Shown: positions 34,349-43,890 of the stretch, piece after piece
Numbering within the stretch: the first letter of the stretch is position 1
How the letters are laid out: the number at the start of each line of letters is the position of its first letter
Source of the DNA: Cyanophora paradoxa CCMP329
Taxonomy: Eukaryota; Plantae; Glaucophyta
Assembly: GCA_004431415.1 (NCBI GenBank)
Contig: QPMI01000513.1
Span: 130,889-194,888, forward strand
Length of the DNA: 64,000 nucleotides
Reading direction: 5' to 3'
Notes under the pieces: generated by a model
What the model was told of the DNA's origin: nothing
Database searches by the model: none
What the model saw: the letters and a program-made list of their open reading frames with translations, nothing else
Position numbers and translations under genes: made by a program

Positions 34349-34999
34349 ATGTCATGCCCAATCTGTTTCAAAACTATTCAAAGGAATACAATCATTGAGC
34401 TTGCTTGTGAGCATTTCTTTTGTGAAGCCTGCATTATAAAGTATATATATAAGGTTCATGACTCTAATGAGGTATCCCTGCTCTACTGCTGCACACAGAA
34501 AGCTTTCAGACAGTTTAAAGGGTACCCAGAAATGATGCTTGCAGAGAGCAACTATTGCATATCATGTCCTCTTTGCAGGTGTGAATATTCATTTCTTTCA
34601 TACATTGCAAGGATTTCACGGACAAATCCTCTTGAACAACTCATCTGCAAGGTGTGGTTTAGAGATGAGTTCTATGATCTTGGTTTATGTCATTATTTGA
34701 CAGATGAAAATCAGTTCTATAACTATATTCCGTTGTGTGATAGGCTCCATTGGGAAAAATGTGAAAGTGTAAAAACAAATTTTGCGAATGATGTCATCAA
34801 AATGTTCAGTGATCGCAAACACAATGAATACCACATGTACAAATGTGATTGTAAGAAGCCAATCTGCCCAAAGGTCTTTCCTGTGCCATCAGCAACATGT
34901 GATTGCAAACAACATGCAAGCCCTGAGGAGTTTGAAGAAATGTTGCTTACATATTGTTCAAAGAAATATCCAGAAACCACAAAACAAAAAATGATTTAA
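34349..34999 (+). CDS. C3HC4 RING finger protein
   Basis: CPIC..LACEHFFCEAC...CPLCR with a Cys-rich tail. Confidence 0.8.
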   Translation: MSCPICFKTIQRNTIIELACEHFFCEACIIKYIYKVHDSNEVSLLYCCTQKAFRQFKGYPEMMLAESNYCISCPLCRCEYSFLSYIARISRTNPLEQLICKVWFRDEFYDLGLCHYLTDENQFYNYIPLCDRLHWEKCESVKTNFANDVIKMFSDRKHNEYHMYKCDCKKPICPKVFPVPSATCDCKQHASPEEFEEMLLTYCSKKYPETTKQKMI

Positions 35000-35036
35000 A
35001 GAATTCTCTATATATATTAAGAGAGACAGAGGAAAA

Positions 35037-35291
35037 ATGCCACTCAGTGAAGCCCAGAAGAGAGCTATGAAGAGGTACCAGCAAACTGAAAAAGGTAAGG
35101 CTCAAATCAAAAAGTTTAACGAAAAAATAGCCACACAGCTTAGAGATCTATATCAAACCGATGATACTTATAGAGCCATGAAAATAGCCAGTTCATGTCA
35201 GCGAAAGTATGCAGCCAATGCAGTCTGCTTTGTAAAATATTTATATGATGTCCCTTACTCAAATCGAGGGAGAAAATTGAAACATGTCTAA
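35037..35291 (+). CDS. Small basic hypothetical protein
   Basis: MPLSEAQKRAMKRYQQTEKGK; preceded by the conserved motif. Confidence 0.65.
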   Translation: MPLSEAQKRAMKRYQQTEKGKAQIKKFNEKIATQLRDLYQTDDTYRAMKIASSCQRKYAANAVCFVKYLYDVPYSNRGRKLKHV

Positions 35292-35503
35292 ATTATTTTT
35301 CCCAGCATATTACTAGGCTGGGGATATGCTGTTTATTCGCTGAAATACCCATTCATCCTTTTTGTATCTAAACCACTCGATATATCATGTGGATAAATTT
35401 CGTAGGGATACTTTCTCGATTTCCAACAAAAAATGATTGGGGGACCCAAAACTACTTAAAGAAAAATCTTCTATATATATAAAAGGGACCCCGATCGCTG
35501 AAA

Positions 35504-37831
35504 ATGAACGCCAAACAGACTAAATCGCTCAAATCGCTCGCTAACTGGCTCAGATCTGATGAGGATCTAGCCAAAAACATGATTATCCCAGTGAAACCTG
35601 ACAGCAAAGACCCTGTTTTCAAGCATAAGGGAGGTGCTTGGTCCTGGGAAAAGTATGAGGAAGCGCTGGCAACTAATCAGTATGTATCTTGGGGCATTCT
35701 GCTCTCAGACAACATGATGGTTATTGACTTTGATGATGAGGAGGACTTTGAGAAATTCCGGGATATGTTTCCTGATGACTTTGATGCCAATCAGCCCATG
35801 GCAAAAACTAAAAAAGGCTATCATGTCTACTTTAAACGACCTGAGGAGTTCAATAAACTCAAAATTACCGATAAGGCTCCTGGCTTTAAAGGCTTTGAGA
35901 AGGTTGACCTGAAAACAATCACTGGAACTGGAACTTCTGGACTGATCAATGTGTGTCCCAGTGTGAACAAGGCTTGGGTAATCTCCCCATGGGATGATAC
36001 CTGTGATTTCAATGAGCCTACTGATGACTTCAAAAAGTGGATAATAGATAACTACATCTATAAGAGTGAGTATACTGCTAATGCTACCTCACATGATGAA
36101 CTGGAAAACAATATTATCAAAGAGCTGGTGGATATGGGATTTATGCATCCCAATATAATCTCTAAAACTGAACTTGGCTTTAACTTTGATGCTGCTAACA
36201 AGGGACTCAATTGCCCATGCTGCAATGGTTCACATGAATCGAATAACTGGTATGTTATGAAAGCTAAAGGAGATGATAACAAATACATTGTGTCAAGCTA
36301 CAGTGGAAATTGCAAAAAACGATTCATCTGCATTGGAATGCAATCTGATATCTTCAATCTTATAGATAAATCCGCTGGTTCTGGTGGCGCTCATTATGAT
36401 GTGAGTTTAGTATGCAAAGAGGTTCTTAAACATACATGGAGATACTCCAAAAAGTCATGGTTCAAACTCAATACTGATACTGGGATTTGGGAGCATGATG
36501 ACACAAACCTAAAGATTTACCTAGATATAAGCCGTCTTGTTGTCCCCCAATACCTTGGAAGGGCTGTGCATTATAGTCAAAGAGCTTTAAAGGATGAGGA
36601 AAACAAAGCAGCTTTCGAAGAAAGATCCAAAACATTGATGACCATTGCCAAAAATCTTAAACAATCAGGATTTCGCAAATCCCTTCTGACTGACTTGGTC
36701 CCACTGCTGAATGATGATGAATTCTTTGAGAAGATTGACACAGTTCCATATGTGATTGGATTCGAAAATGGTGTATTTGATCTGACCACTATGACTTTCA
36801 GAAAGGGTAAACTGGAAGATATGGTGAGCAAGACTGTGGGTTATGACTATACTGAAAATGTAGACCCCAAGAAAATAGAGCATCTCAATCAGATTTATAA
36901 AGAGATTGTGGATGATCCAGCAGAGCGAAAGTATCTTCTGGCATCCATTGCAATTGCCCTTAGTGGATCAACTAAATCCCAGAAGTTCTATATGTGGACT
37001 GGTGCTGGTGCTAATGGTAAATCACTTGTTCAGGAATACTGCAAACAGATATCTGGTCGTTATTACAGCCCTCTCGAAATATCCTATTGGACTAAGCCTA
37101 AAAAGAACTCATCAGAGGCTACTCCTGAACTTGCCAAACTCCTTGGAAAGCGACTTGTATTCAGTAATGAGGCTGAAGATGGTGATAAACTGCAGATCTC
37201 CAAGATTAAGGAGGTCACAGGTGGAAATGAAATGACTGTGAGAGCCTTGTTCAAAGACCCAGTTATCCTTACCCCAATGTTTCAGGTCTACATTACAACT
37301 AATGACAATTTGACTATAAATAAACCAGACTTTGCAATTCAAAGAAGACTTTCCTATCAGAGATTCAATAATATATTCAGAGAGAAGCCAGAAGCTGGTC
37401 AGAAGAAAGCTGATCCAACTCTGTTCACACTTCTTCACAATGATGATGAGTATAAGATGGCTCACATGAAGATATTACTGGATATGTGGAAGAACAAAGA
37501 GGTTGAAGAGATCTTAAGAAGTCCCCCTCAATCGATTATTGAACAGGGAATTAACTTTATAGCTGAAAATGACAAGATTGGTGAATGGCTTCGAGATAAT
37601 TTCGAGGTTACACATAATGCTAACGACTTTGTTTCCAGTGATATCATTTACAAATCATACAAAAGTGTTGATGATAAAGTTGAATGTGTATCTGTTATGA
37701 AAAGAGTAAGGGAGATCTTCAATGTAAAATCAGAAAGAAAACGAGTTAATGGAATTCTAGCCAGAGGATATATTGGGATTCGAAAGATAACAAGGGTTCA
37801 GGAAGACAATGAAGATGATGCCGAATATTAA
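35504..37831 (+). CDS. Primase-polymerase (PrimPol/AEP) fused to D5-like SF3 helicase
   Basis: VIDFDD, TKKGYHVYF, CPCC..H..C, IGFENGVFDL, GAGANGKS, KEVTGG, ITTN. Confidence 0.93.
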   Translation: MNAKQTKSLKSLANWLRSDEDLAKNMIIPVKPDSKDPVFKHKGGAWSWEKYEEALATNQYVSWGILLSDNMMVIDFDDEEDFEKFRDMFPDDFDANQPMAKTKKGYHVYFKRPEEFNKLKITDKAPGFKGFEKVDLKTITGTGTSGLINVCPSVNKAWVISPWDDTCDFNEPTDDFKKWIIDNYIYKSEYTANATSHDELENNIIKELVDMGFMHPNIISKTELGFNFDAANKGLNCPCCNGSHESNNWYVMKAKGDDNKYIVSSYSGNCKKRFICIGMQSDIFNLIDKSAGSGGAHYDVSLVCKEVLKHTWRYSKKSWFKLNTDTGIWEHDDTNLKIYLDISRLVVPQYLGRAVHYSQRALKDEENKAAFEERSKTLMTIAKNLKQSGFRKSLLTDLVPLLNDDEFFEKIDTVPYVIGFENGVFDLTTMTFRKGKLEDMVSKTVGYDYTENVDPKKIEHLNQIYKEIVDDPAERKYLLASIAIALSGSTKSQKFYMWTGAGANGKSLVQEYCKQISGRYYSPLEISYWTKPKKNSSEATPELAKLLGKRLVFSNEAEDGDKLQISKIKEVTGGNEMTVRALFKDPVILTPMFQVYITTNDNLTINKPDFAIQRRLSYQRFNNIFREKPEAGQKKADPTLFTLLHNDDEYKMAHMKILLDMWKNKEVEEILRSPPQSIIEQGINFIAENDKIGEWLRDNFEVTHNANDFVSSDIIYKSYKSVDDKVECVSVMKRVREIFNVKSERKRVNGILARGYIGIRKITRVQEDNEDDAEY

Positions 37832-37872
37832 ACAAAACGATTGATGATTGAGATTTACATATATTTTTATAG

Positions 37873-37993
37873 CCTTACTGAAAATGGTTTGTGTGACAGG
37901 TGTGACAGGTCCATCCCAAGGAAAGCCCTGGTGAAAAGTTGATCTTCACAATCGATGGGATAGACCTGTCACACCTGTCACACCTGTCACACC
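37873..37993. promoter_or_regulatory. Inverted iteron cassette just downstream of the primase-helicase (putative origin)
   Basis: CCTTACTGAAAATGGTTT-(GTGTGACAG)x2-spacer-(CTGTCACAC)x3. Confidence 0.62.
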
Positions 37994-38060
37994 TATCGGA
38001 AAAGACCAAAATTTGACAAGAATACTTAAGGCTTACTTGATTGTGTATAGTGAAGACAAA

Positions 38061-38282
38061 ATGGCAAAGACTCTTGATGAGATGACCATGACTGAGTTAG
38101 ATAAATGCATAAAGCATGGAGATATAGGGGCATATATCGAAATGTCACAGAGATTGATAGGTTACAATATGTATGCAGCTAAACCAAAGAGAAATAGATC
38201 AGTAAACATTCACATTACTGTTTCAGTGTCTGAGAATGCAAACAAAAAACAACAAAAGCATATTTACAAAAGTTATCTGTGA
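38061..38282 (+). CDS. Small hypothetical protein
   Basis: MAKTLDEMTMTELDK..; preceded by ATACTTAAG. Confidence 0.45.
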   Translation: MAKTLDEMTMTELDKCIKHGDIGAYIEMSQRLIGYNMYAAKPKRNRSVNIHITVSVSENANKKQQKHIYKSYL

Positions 38283-38369
38283 CTTGATTGCAAGTATAAA
38301 GCCAATTCCTTTGTATATATTTTTATAGCTGCCTCAGTAGCATACTGAGACCGCTTTTTCTCAATTTTC

Positions 38370-38615
38370 TTATAGACCTGGGGTTCCATTGCTACTATCA
38401 GTTGGCAAATAATATTTAATCGGTCTTCCTCTGGGTCTCTGCTCCTCTTTTTGGGCTTTTCTGCGATAATAGGATGCCAGGGCTTGCTGCTTCTTATACT
38501 CTCTATATTCTGGGTCCTCTCTATATCGTTTCTGCATTGCGAGTATGTGTCTAATAGAACCCTCAGTAACAGGTTCATCACTGGTAAACTCGATTAAACT
38601 AATAGTATCCTCCAT
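38370..38615 (-). CDS. Small basic AT-hook protein
   Basis: RYREDPEYRE..RPRGRP; resembles the element A 24240 protein in composition. Confidence 0.55.
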   Translation of the reverse strand: MEDTISLIEFTSDEPVTEGSIRHILAMQKRYREDPEYREYKKQQALASYYRRKAQKEEQRPRGRPIKYYLPTDSSNGTPGL

Positions 38616-38871
38616 TTATATTCCCAGAGAAAACGTTTTCTGCTGGCAGAGAACTTCTCCTTGGATACTCCTGTTGCTCATATGTATACTCTGTGGGGTC
38701 TGCTGGCATTGACTCCACAGAAACTGTAGACCTCCTTCTCTCTCTTGCTTCTGAGGCATTATCCTCATTATCTGACATCTCAAACTCCACTGTTGTCTCA
38801 CAACATCCACTGTGGCAATTGCTCACCACATGCAGACTGAACATCTCGAAGAACTTTCGTATTATGTCCAT
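38599..38871 (-). CDS. Hypothetical protein
   Basis: ORF MDIIRKFF..CHSGCC; start uncertain. Confidence 0.4.
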   Translation of the reverse strand: MDIIRKFFEMFSLHVVSNCHSGCCETTVEFEMSDNEDNASEARERRRSTVSVESMPADPTEYTYEQQEYPRRSSLPAENVFSGNINGGYY

Positions 38872-38893
38872 ATCTCTAATAAAACAGAGATAA

Positions 38894-39628
38894 TTAAAGC
38901 CAAACTCGTCTTTTATATACTGTTGGGGCAACTCCCTTTTCTACTTCAGCTTTGGTGGCACCAGGTTCAATGTTTCCCTTTTGGGTTTTTGTTTTCATTT
39001 CATCTACTGCCTGCTCATCGATTTGGTTCTCTTTCTTAGCAATAAACTGTTTATCTGGGACACCAGTGATTCCCATTTTATAAACTTCCTTTCGAAGCAT
39101 CTCCTTTAGCTTGGCTCTCTCTTTCTTCTCAGTAACATACTGCTCCAAGGCACTTGATTTGGCTTCCAGATCTTTGAGTTTAGCAGTCATCTCATCCCAT
39201 TGAGCCTTGGGAATTCGATGAATATTTTGAGTGGGAGCAGTCTTGTATGTGACTTCACCAGCCATAGACTGAATTACCTTGTCTGATTCCTTACTAAGAC
39301 CCTCACCTTTGCGAGCCAGTGAAAGATCTTGCAAGCCTAAACCTTTGTCATCAGCAGCCCCAATAATTCGCCTGGCACCCTCAGCAACAGACTTCATCTT
39401 TGCTGTCTCAGGGGAAATGTTCAGTTGGTCAGCAGTTGAACTTTGTGGGGCTTTGTCATCGACTGATTCCTCATAGGCAGCATTTAGGGGGTCTTCTTGG
39501 GGTTGTGAGGGTTTGATTTCGTTCATACCATTGAATTGCATTGGTTCAGTGTTAATAGATCCATTGTTTCCACCACCTGAATAGCCAACAGCCCCAGCTG
39601 GGATCCCTATTTTTCGTTTGGGAGGCAT
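38894..39628 (-). CDS. Hypothetical charged protein (244 aa)
   Basis: Long ATG ORF following the ATPase. Confidence 0.65.
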   Translation of the reverse strand: MPPKRKIGIPAGAVGYSGGGNNGSINTEPMQFNGMNEIKPSQPQEDPLNAAYEESVDDKAPQSSTADQLNISPETAKMKSVAEGARRIIGAADDKGLGLQDLSLARKGEGLSKESDKVIQSMAGEVTYKTAPTQNIHRIPKAQWDEMTAKLKDLEAKSSALEQYVTEKKERAKLKEMLRKEVYKMGITGVPDKQFIAKKENQIDEQAVDEMKTKTQKGNIEPGATKAEVEKGVAPTVYKRRVWL

Positions 39629-39742
39629 TGTATCTTTATTAGAATGAGAGATAATTTTATAAACCGCGTTTATATCGCATCAATTTATTGCTATGGACTT
39701 GGCTTTTCACTTCTTTGGGGGCTTCCTCTTTCTCTGGTGGTT

Positions 39743-40438
39743 TCAGTTCATCTTCTTTCTTTTTGGCTTTCTGTGGAAGCGAGGAAATGGGAAGTCTTTG
39801 ACAAGCTCAGCTTTATCTACAAAGTATTTAACTGAGTAGCCAGCAGAGGACCAAACGATATACTGATAGGAGTGGACATATTCTTCAAACATTTTGTAAA
39901 AGTCCTCCTTGTTTCGCATTATATTGTATTCTTCCTCTATGGCTTCAAGTTCTTTGCGATTAGCAGCACTCAGGAAAACAGCATAATCAGAATTAACTCG
40001 AATAGTGGAAGAGACTTTTCTGAGTTTCTGTGTAATGCAGATAATGGATATTTTCGAATGTCTGCCCCTACTGTACAGAGATGACACCACCTTGTCTCTT
40101 GTTAAATCAATTATCTCATTATCAATTAAATCATCTAAAACAACACACATGTGGTTCACAGGTTCACCTTTTTCGATTTTCTCCTGCCTTTCATCCAAAA
40201 GCTTTGAAATGTAACCAGCATCCCATTTACCAAGTTCTACTGTTGCAACCTCTCTCCAGAAATGATTAAAGCTGGTCCCACTCACAACTAGGACAACATC
40301 AATAACTTTGGCATCATGTAATTGCTTTAACCAATACTTTACACATTCGCTTTTTCCCGTACAACTTTTGCCTATAAAAATGGCTCTGAAAACACCTTTT
40401 ATCATTTCAGAAACATTAAACTCTTCTAAATCTTGCAT
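39743..40438 (-). CDS. Element B A32-like packaging ATPase
   Basis: GKSCTGKS, VVLDD, RGRHSKISIICITQ. Confidence 0.93.
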   Translation of the reverse strand: MQDLEEFNVSEMIKGVFRAIFIGKSCTGKSECVKYWLKQLHDAKVIDVVLVVSGTSFNHFWREVATVELGKWDAGYISKLLDERQEKIEKGEPVNHMCVVLDDLIDNEIIDLTRDKVVSSLYSRGRHSKISIICITQKLRKVSSTIRVNSDYAVFLSAANRKELEAIEEEYNIMRNKEDFYKMFEEYVHSYQYIVWSSAGYSVKYFVDKAELVKDFPFPRFHRKPKRKKMN

Positions 40439-40497
40439 TGTTGTAGATCTTCCTAAATAAAGACAGATAAAAATAATGCATGGAGACTGAATATGGT

Positions 40498-41864
40498 CTA
40501 TAAATTGATTCTACGAACACCTGAACCGTCTATAATGAGGAAACTATGCATTAAAGCGCGAACTTGAACATTGATTGTCTTATCTGTGGGCATGTAGAGT
40601 GTGAGGAATGAAGATGAGGAATTTGTCAGGTCAACAAATCCACTTTGAGCAATATTTCGAATCGCCTTCTCTCCATCAATGCAGAAACTTAAACCTGAAA
40701 GGACATATTTATCTGCAACCTTATCCATGTTAGAGCATTTGAAGGCATCAGCAATTAGCTCAGCTCCTTTGAGTAGAGAAATTGGCTCAGTGGCATAAAG
40801 TCGTTGTCCATTAATTTCAACAGTGAAAGTAATATCTTTGGAGTTGGCATAGGTCTTAAGAACACTGTGGGAGCCATTGGATTTGTCAACAGTCTCATAA
40901 TCACGAACTGAAACAAGCAGAGCATAGACAAGACCTGAGATTTGAGAGAGGTTAATTCGATTGGGCTGGGCATTGCCCTTGGCAGGGAAAGCAATGGCAT
41001 CTACAAATCCAATATCAAGGGAGGGAATAGCCATGCCAGTAGTCTTTACTTTTTCAATTACAGTAGCGAAAAGCTCATCAGAAACATTAATAGCATGCAT
41101 GTAAAGGCGAGGAGAAGTAATTGAAATAGCAGGGGTTGTTGCACCAAGACTGAAAGTGGTGATGTTTTGACCAACATGGGCAAGTGTAGCATTAGCAGTA
41201 TCACCAAGACCATCATCTTCTGTCTTATCAGCAACTGTCCCACCAACAACAGGGAGAGAGCGACCACCATAGGAAGTTTCAACATAACCCTTTCCAGCAT
41301 CCTTAAACCAAACAGTAACAACCATTTCACCAGATAAAGCACCAAGGGGAAGGTAGTGATTTAGCCAAGGCACAGGGATTTCAACGAAAATGAGCCACCA
41401 AGTCGGTTGGTTCCATGAGCAGGGATTCCATGAACCATGCCCATTGAGCGTTTCTTTTTAGCTAGTTGATCCTCCGAATAATAGACCAGGGGGAAATGAG
41501 CAAGGAAATCAGAAGGAATGTGGTAGGTGTAAGATCCATAGGTAATTTCAAGTCGCTGAACTAAAGCACCAACTGGGCGAGTGTATCCATTGCGAACTAG
41601 ATCTTCACCAGCAAAAGTGATTTCTGGTAGGTCGAAAGCAAGTTCGAGTTTTCCACAGAAATTGTAGCGAGGTAGCTTGAAGGAAATGCGATTTCCAACA
41701 TTATTCTCAAAAGTATTGCTGGGATTCACAACAACTAGAACTGGCTTAGACTTGGATTCGAGACCAAGCATAAGGGAGTTATCCAGGAAAAAGGCTTTCG
41801 CCTCTTCTGGGGTTGTTAGGGCTTCTTTCAGCGAAAGTCTTTGAAGAGTGGAAGTGATATCCAT
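40498..41864 (-). CDS. Element B major capsid protein, one frameshift near 41388
   Basis: SLKEALTT..ISFKLPRY.. and YLPLGAL..GFVDLTNSSSSF; homologous to the element A MCP; one T missing in TCATTTTCG. Confidence 0.85.
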
Positions 41865-41917
41865 TATATTCTCTTTTATTATACTGCAACATAAAAAATC
41901 TACCAATGATCCTTAAT

Positions 41918-42928
41918 TTATGCGAAGCTTGTAATAACTGGATAGGAAGGGTGAAGCTGCGACATTCTCATCTTAAAGTATTCATAAACTGGGTCTCCTG
42001 CTGGCTCATCACCATAGCGAATTTCAAAGGTCAGATGAACAGGTTGACCCTCAAAATCAATTGGTTCATTTACAGCATTAACAATATCAACCGAGAAAGT
42101 GGATAATCCAACCTTTTTATTATAGTATTTGTAAAGTGGGTGAGCTTCTGTTGAATTGTAAACAACATGCTCACCATAGTCTTTATCAGGGACCACTATT
42201 TTGTGAAAGTAACCAGTCAGAAGACCATCCCCACATTGCACCAGATCACCCAGCTCCTTTACTCTCACAAACAAAACACTGTCCCTGGTCTTCTCAGGCT
42301 CAAAAGAAGATAAAATACCGTTTACTCGAGTCCCAGTAAAGATACCATCAGTGAGAGCATCATAAACTTGTGATTGGATTGAGGAATTGCCATATCTTCC
42401 AGGATCAAGACCAAGCAGTCTCCCTGAACTCAATAGCTTTTGAATTGTTTGCAGGTTTGGATTTACAGCAAGTGAGAAAGCCAGGTAAAAAGGTTTTTCG
42501 GAATGGAATACTATTCGTTTCAGTGACTCATCCCATTTGCAGCGAAGAGATGGTTTAGGATTTTTTAAATCGAACTTTTCATTAATAACATTCACCAGTT
42601 GTTGGTGGCTTTGAATGGGGGCTTTGCGACTTATAATGATTTGTTTCCACTGTTCAAAGTCCTCAGCTGGGCGAACTGTGGGGATACCATCAATTCCAGC
42701 TCCCGCATATTGTTCAGAATAGTAAATACTAAATGAATTGTCAATTGTTACATCTCCAACTTTGGTTTCACCACTCACCATAGGGATGCTGTTATAAAAT
42801 TCGGCTGATACCAGTCTCACAGCCCTCACATTCTCATAAGAACTTGGGAGTCTAGCCACAAAGCTTGATGTGGGACCATCACCAGAGATTGTATTAAATG
42901 AGCTAACCTCGATGTAATCCACAGGCAT
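41918..42928 (-). CDS. Penton-like minor capsid protein 1
   Basis: IEVSS..SSFVARLPSSYENVRAVRLVSAEF..LFVRVKEL..IDFEGQPVHLTFEI. Confidence 0.8.
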   Translation of the reverse strand: MPVDYIEVSSFNTISGDGPTSSFVARLPSSYENVRAVRLVSAEFYNSIPMVSGETKVGDVTIDNSFSIYYSEQYAGAGIDGIPTVRPAEDFEQWKQIIISRKAPIQSHQQLVNVINEKFDLKNPKPSLRCKWDESLKRIVFHSEKPFYLAFSLAVNPNLQTIQKLLSSGRLLGLDPGRYGNSSIQSQVYDALTDGIFTGTRVNGILSSFEPEKTRDSVLFVRVKELGDLVQCGDGLLTGYFHKIVVPDKDYGEHVVYNSTEAHPLYKYYNKKVGLSTFSVDIVNAVNEPIDFEGQPVHLTFEIRYGDEPAGDPVYEYFKMRMSQLHPSYPVITSFA

Positions 42929-42957
42929 TCTTCTTTTATCTATATTTATATATTAAA

Positions 42958-43890
42958 ATGAATCGACTTGTTAATATTGATAGCAGGGATAGAAGCCAAG
43001 GACAAAATGAAAACTCTTACAGGGTCACTCTCACAACTCCAGTAGAGAGACCAAGGGAATGTAGGGTTCTCTATGCAGAGATTCCAAACAGTATCTATAA
43101 CAGTGTGGGAACTGATCATCTAACAGTTCAGTTTAATTACCAAGATGGTTCATACAATGAAATCATCACACAGAAAGTGTATCCCCTTCCCAGTGGCTAC
43201 ATTAACCAGGGTCATTTTGGGGTAACACACCCTTATAATTATGGGCTGAACTATTCAAGCTTCCAAACCATTGCAGGCAAAACTGTGTTTTTTGAGTTCA
43301 AGATATTCTACAATCCAACTACCTATAAAGTGGAGTTTTACAGTAACCATGAGTTCCGTTTTATTGCAAGCAACAAGCGAATAGGGAAGCTTTTGGGTGT
43401 GAGTTCTACTGAATACACCAATGGTTATTATAGCACTCCTCCTGCTGGTGGATCTCCCTATCGACCTGAGAACCTTTTAAAGTATGATGGCAAACCTATT
43501 ACACCTGATCACCCAGCATGGGGAATCACCTTCTCAGGACCCAGACTCTCCTCAAAGCCCTTGCAGTATTATTTCACCAGTAATAAGATGTCTGATATGA
43601 ATGCTGAGCAATATCTGTACATGCATATTAAAGAGCTGGTCCCCTTTGCCAGCAGACACAATATAATTCCGAAATCGCAACCACAAAACCAGGGAGCTAT
43701 CCTAAGATTGCAATTGAGTAAAGATATAGGTGGCTATGTTTACCATAGTGGTGAGCATGCAGAATTTATTCAAATCAATGACAGAAACCTGGTGATAAGG
43801 GAACTCACAGTTGAGTTTAAAGATTACTTTGGTGAACTGATTGATATGAATGGAATCGATAATTCGTTTCAGTTGGAGTTTATCGAATAA
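42958..43890 (+). CDS. Penton-like minor capsid protein 2
   Basis: VNIDSRDR..YAEIPNSIYN..YLYMHIKEL..LTVEFKDYFGELIDMNGIDNSFQLEF. Confidence 0.87.
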   Translation: MNRLVNIDSRDRSQGQNENSYRVTLTTPVERPRECRVLYAEIPNSIYNSVGTDHLTVQFNYQDGSYNEIITQKVYPLPSGYINQGHFGVTHPYNYGLNYSSFQTIAGKTVFFEFKIFYNPTTYKVEFYSNHEFRFIASNKRIGKLLGVSSTEYTNGYYSTPPAGGSPYRPENLLKYDGKPITPDHPAWGITFSGPRLSSKPLQYYFTSNKMSDMNAEQYLYMHIKELVPFASRHNIIPKSQPQNQGAILRLQLSKDIGGYVYHSGEHAEFIQINDRNLVIRELTVEFKDYFGELIDMNGIDNSFQLEFIE

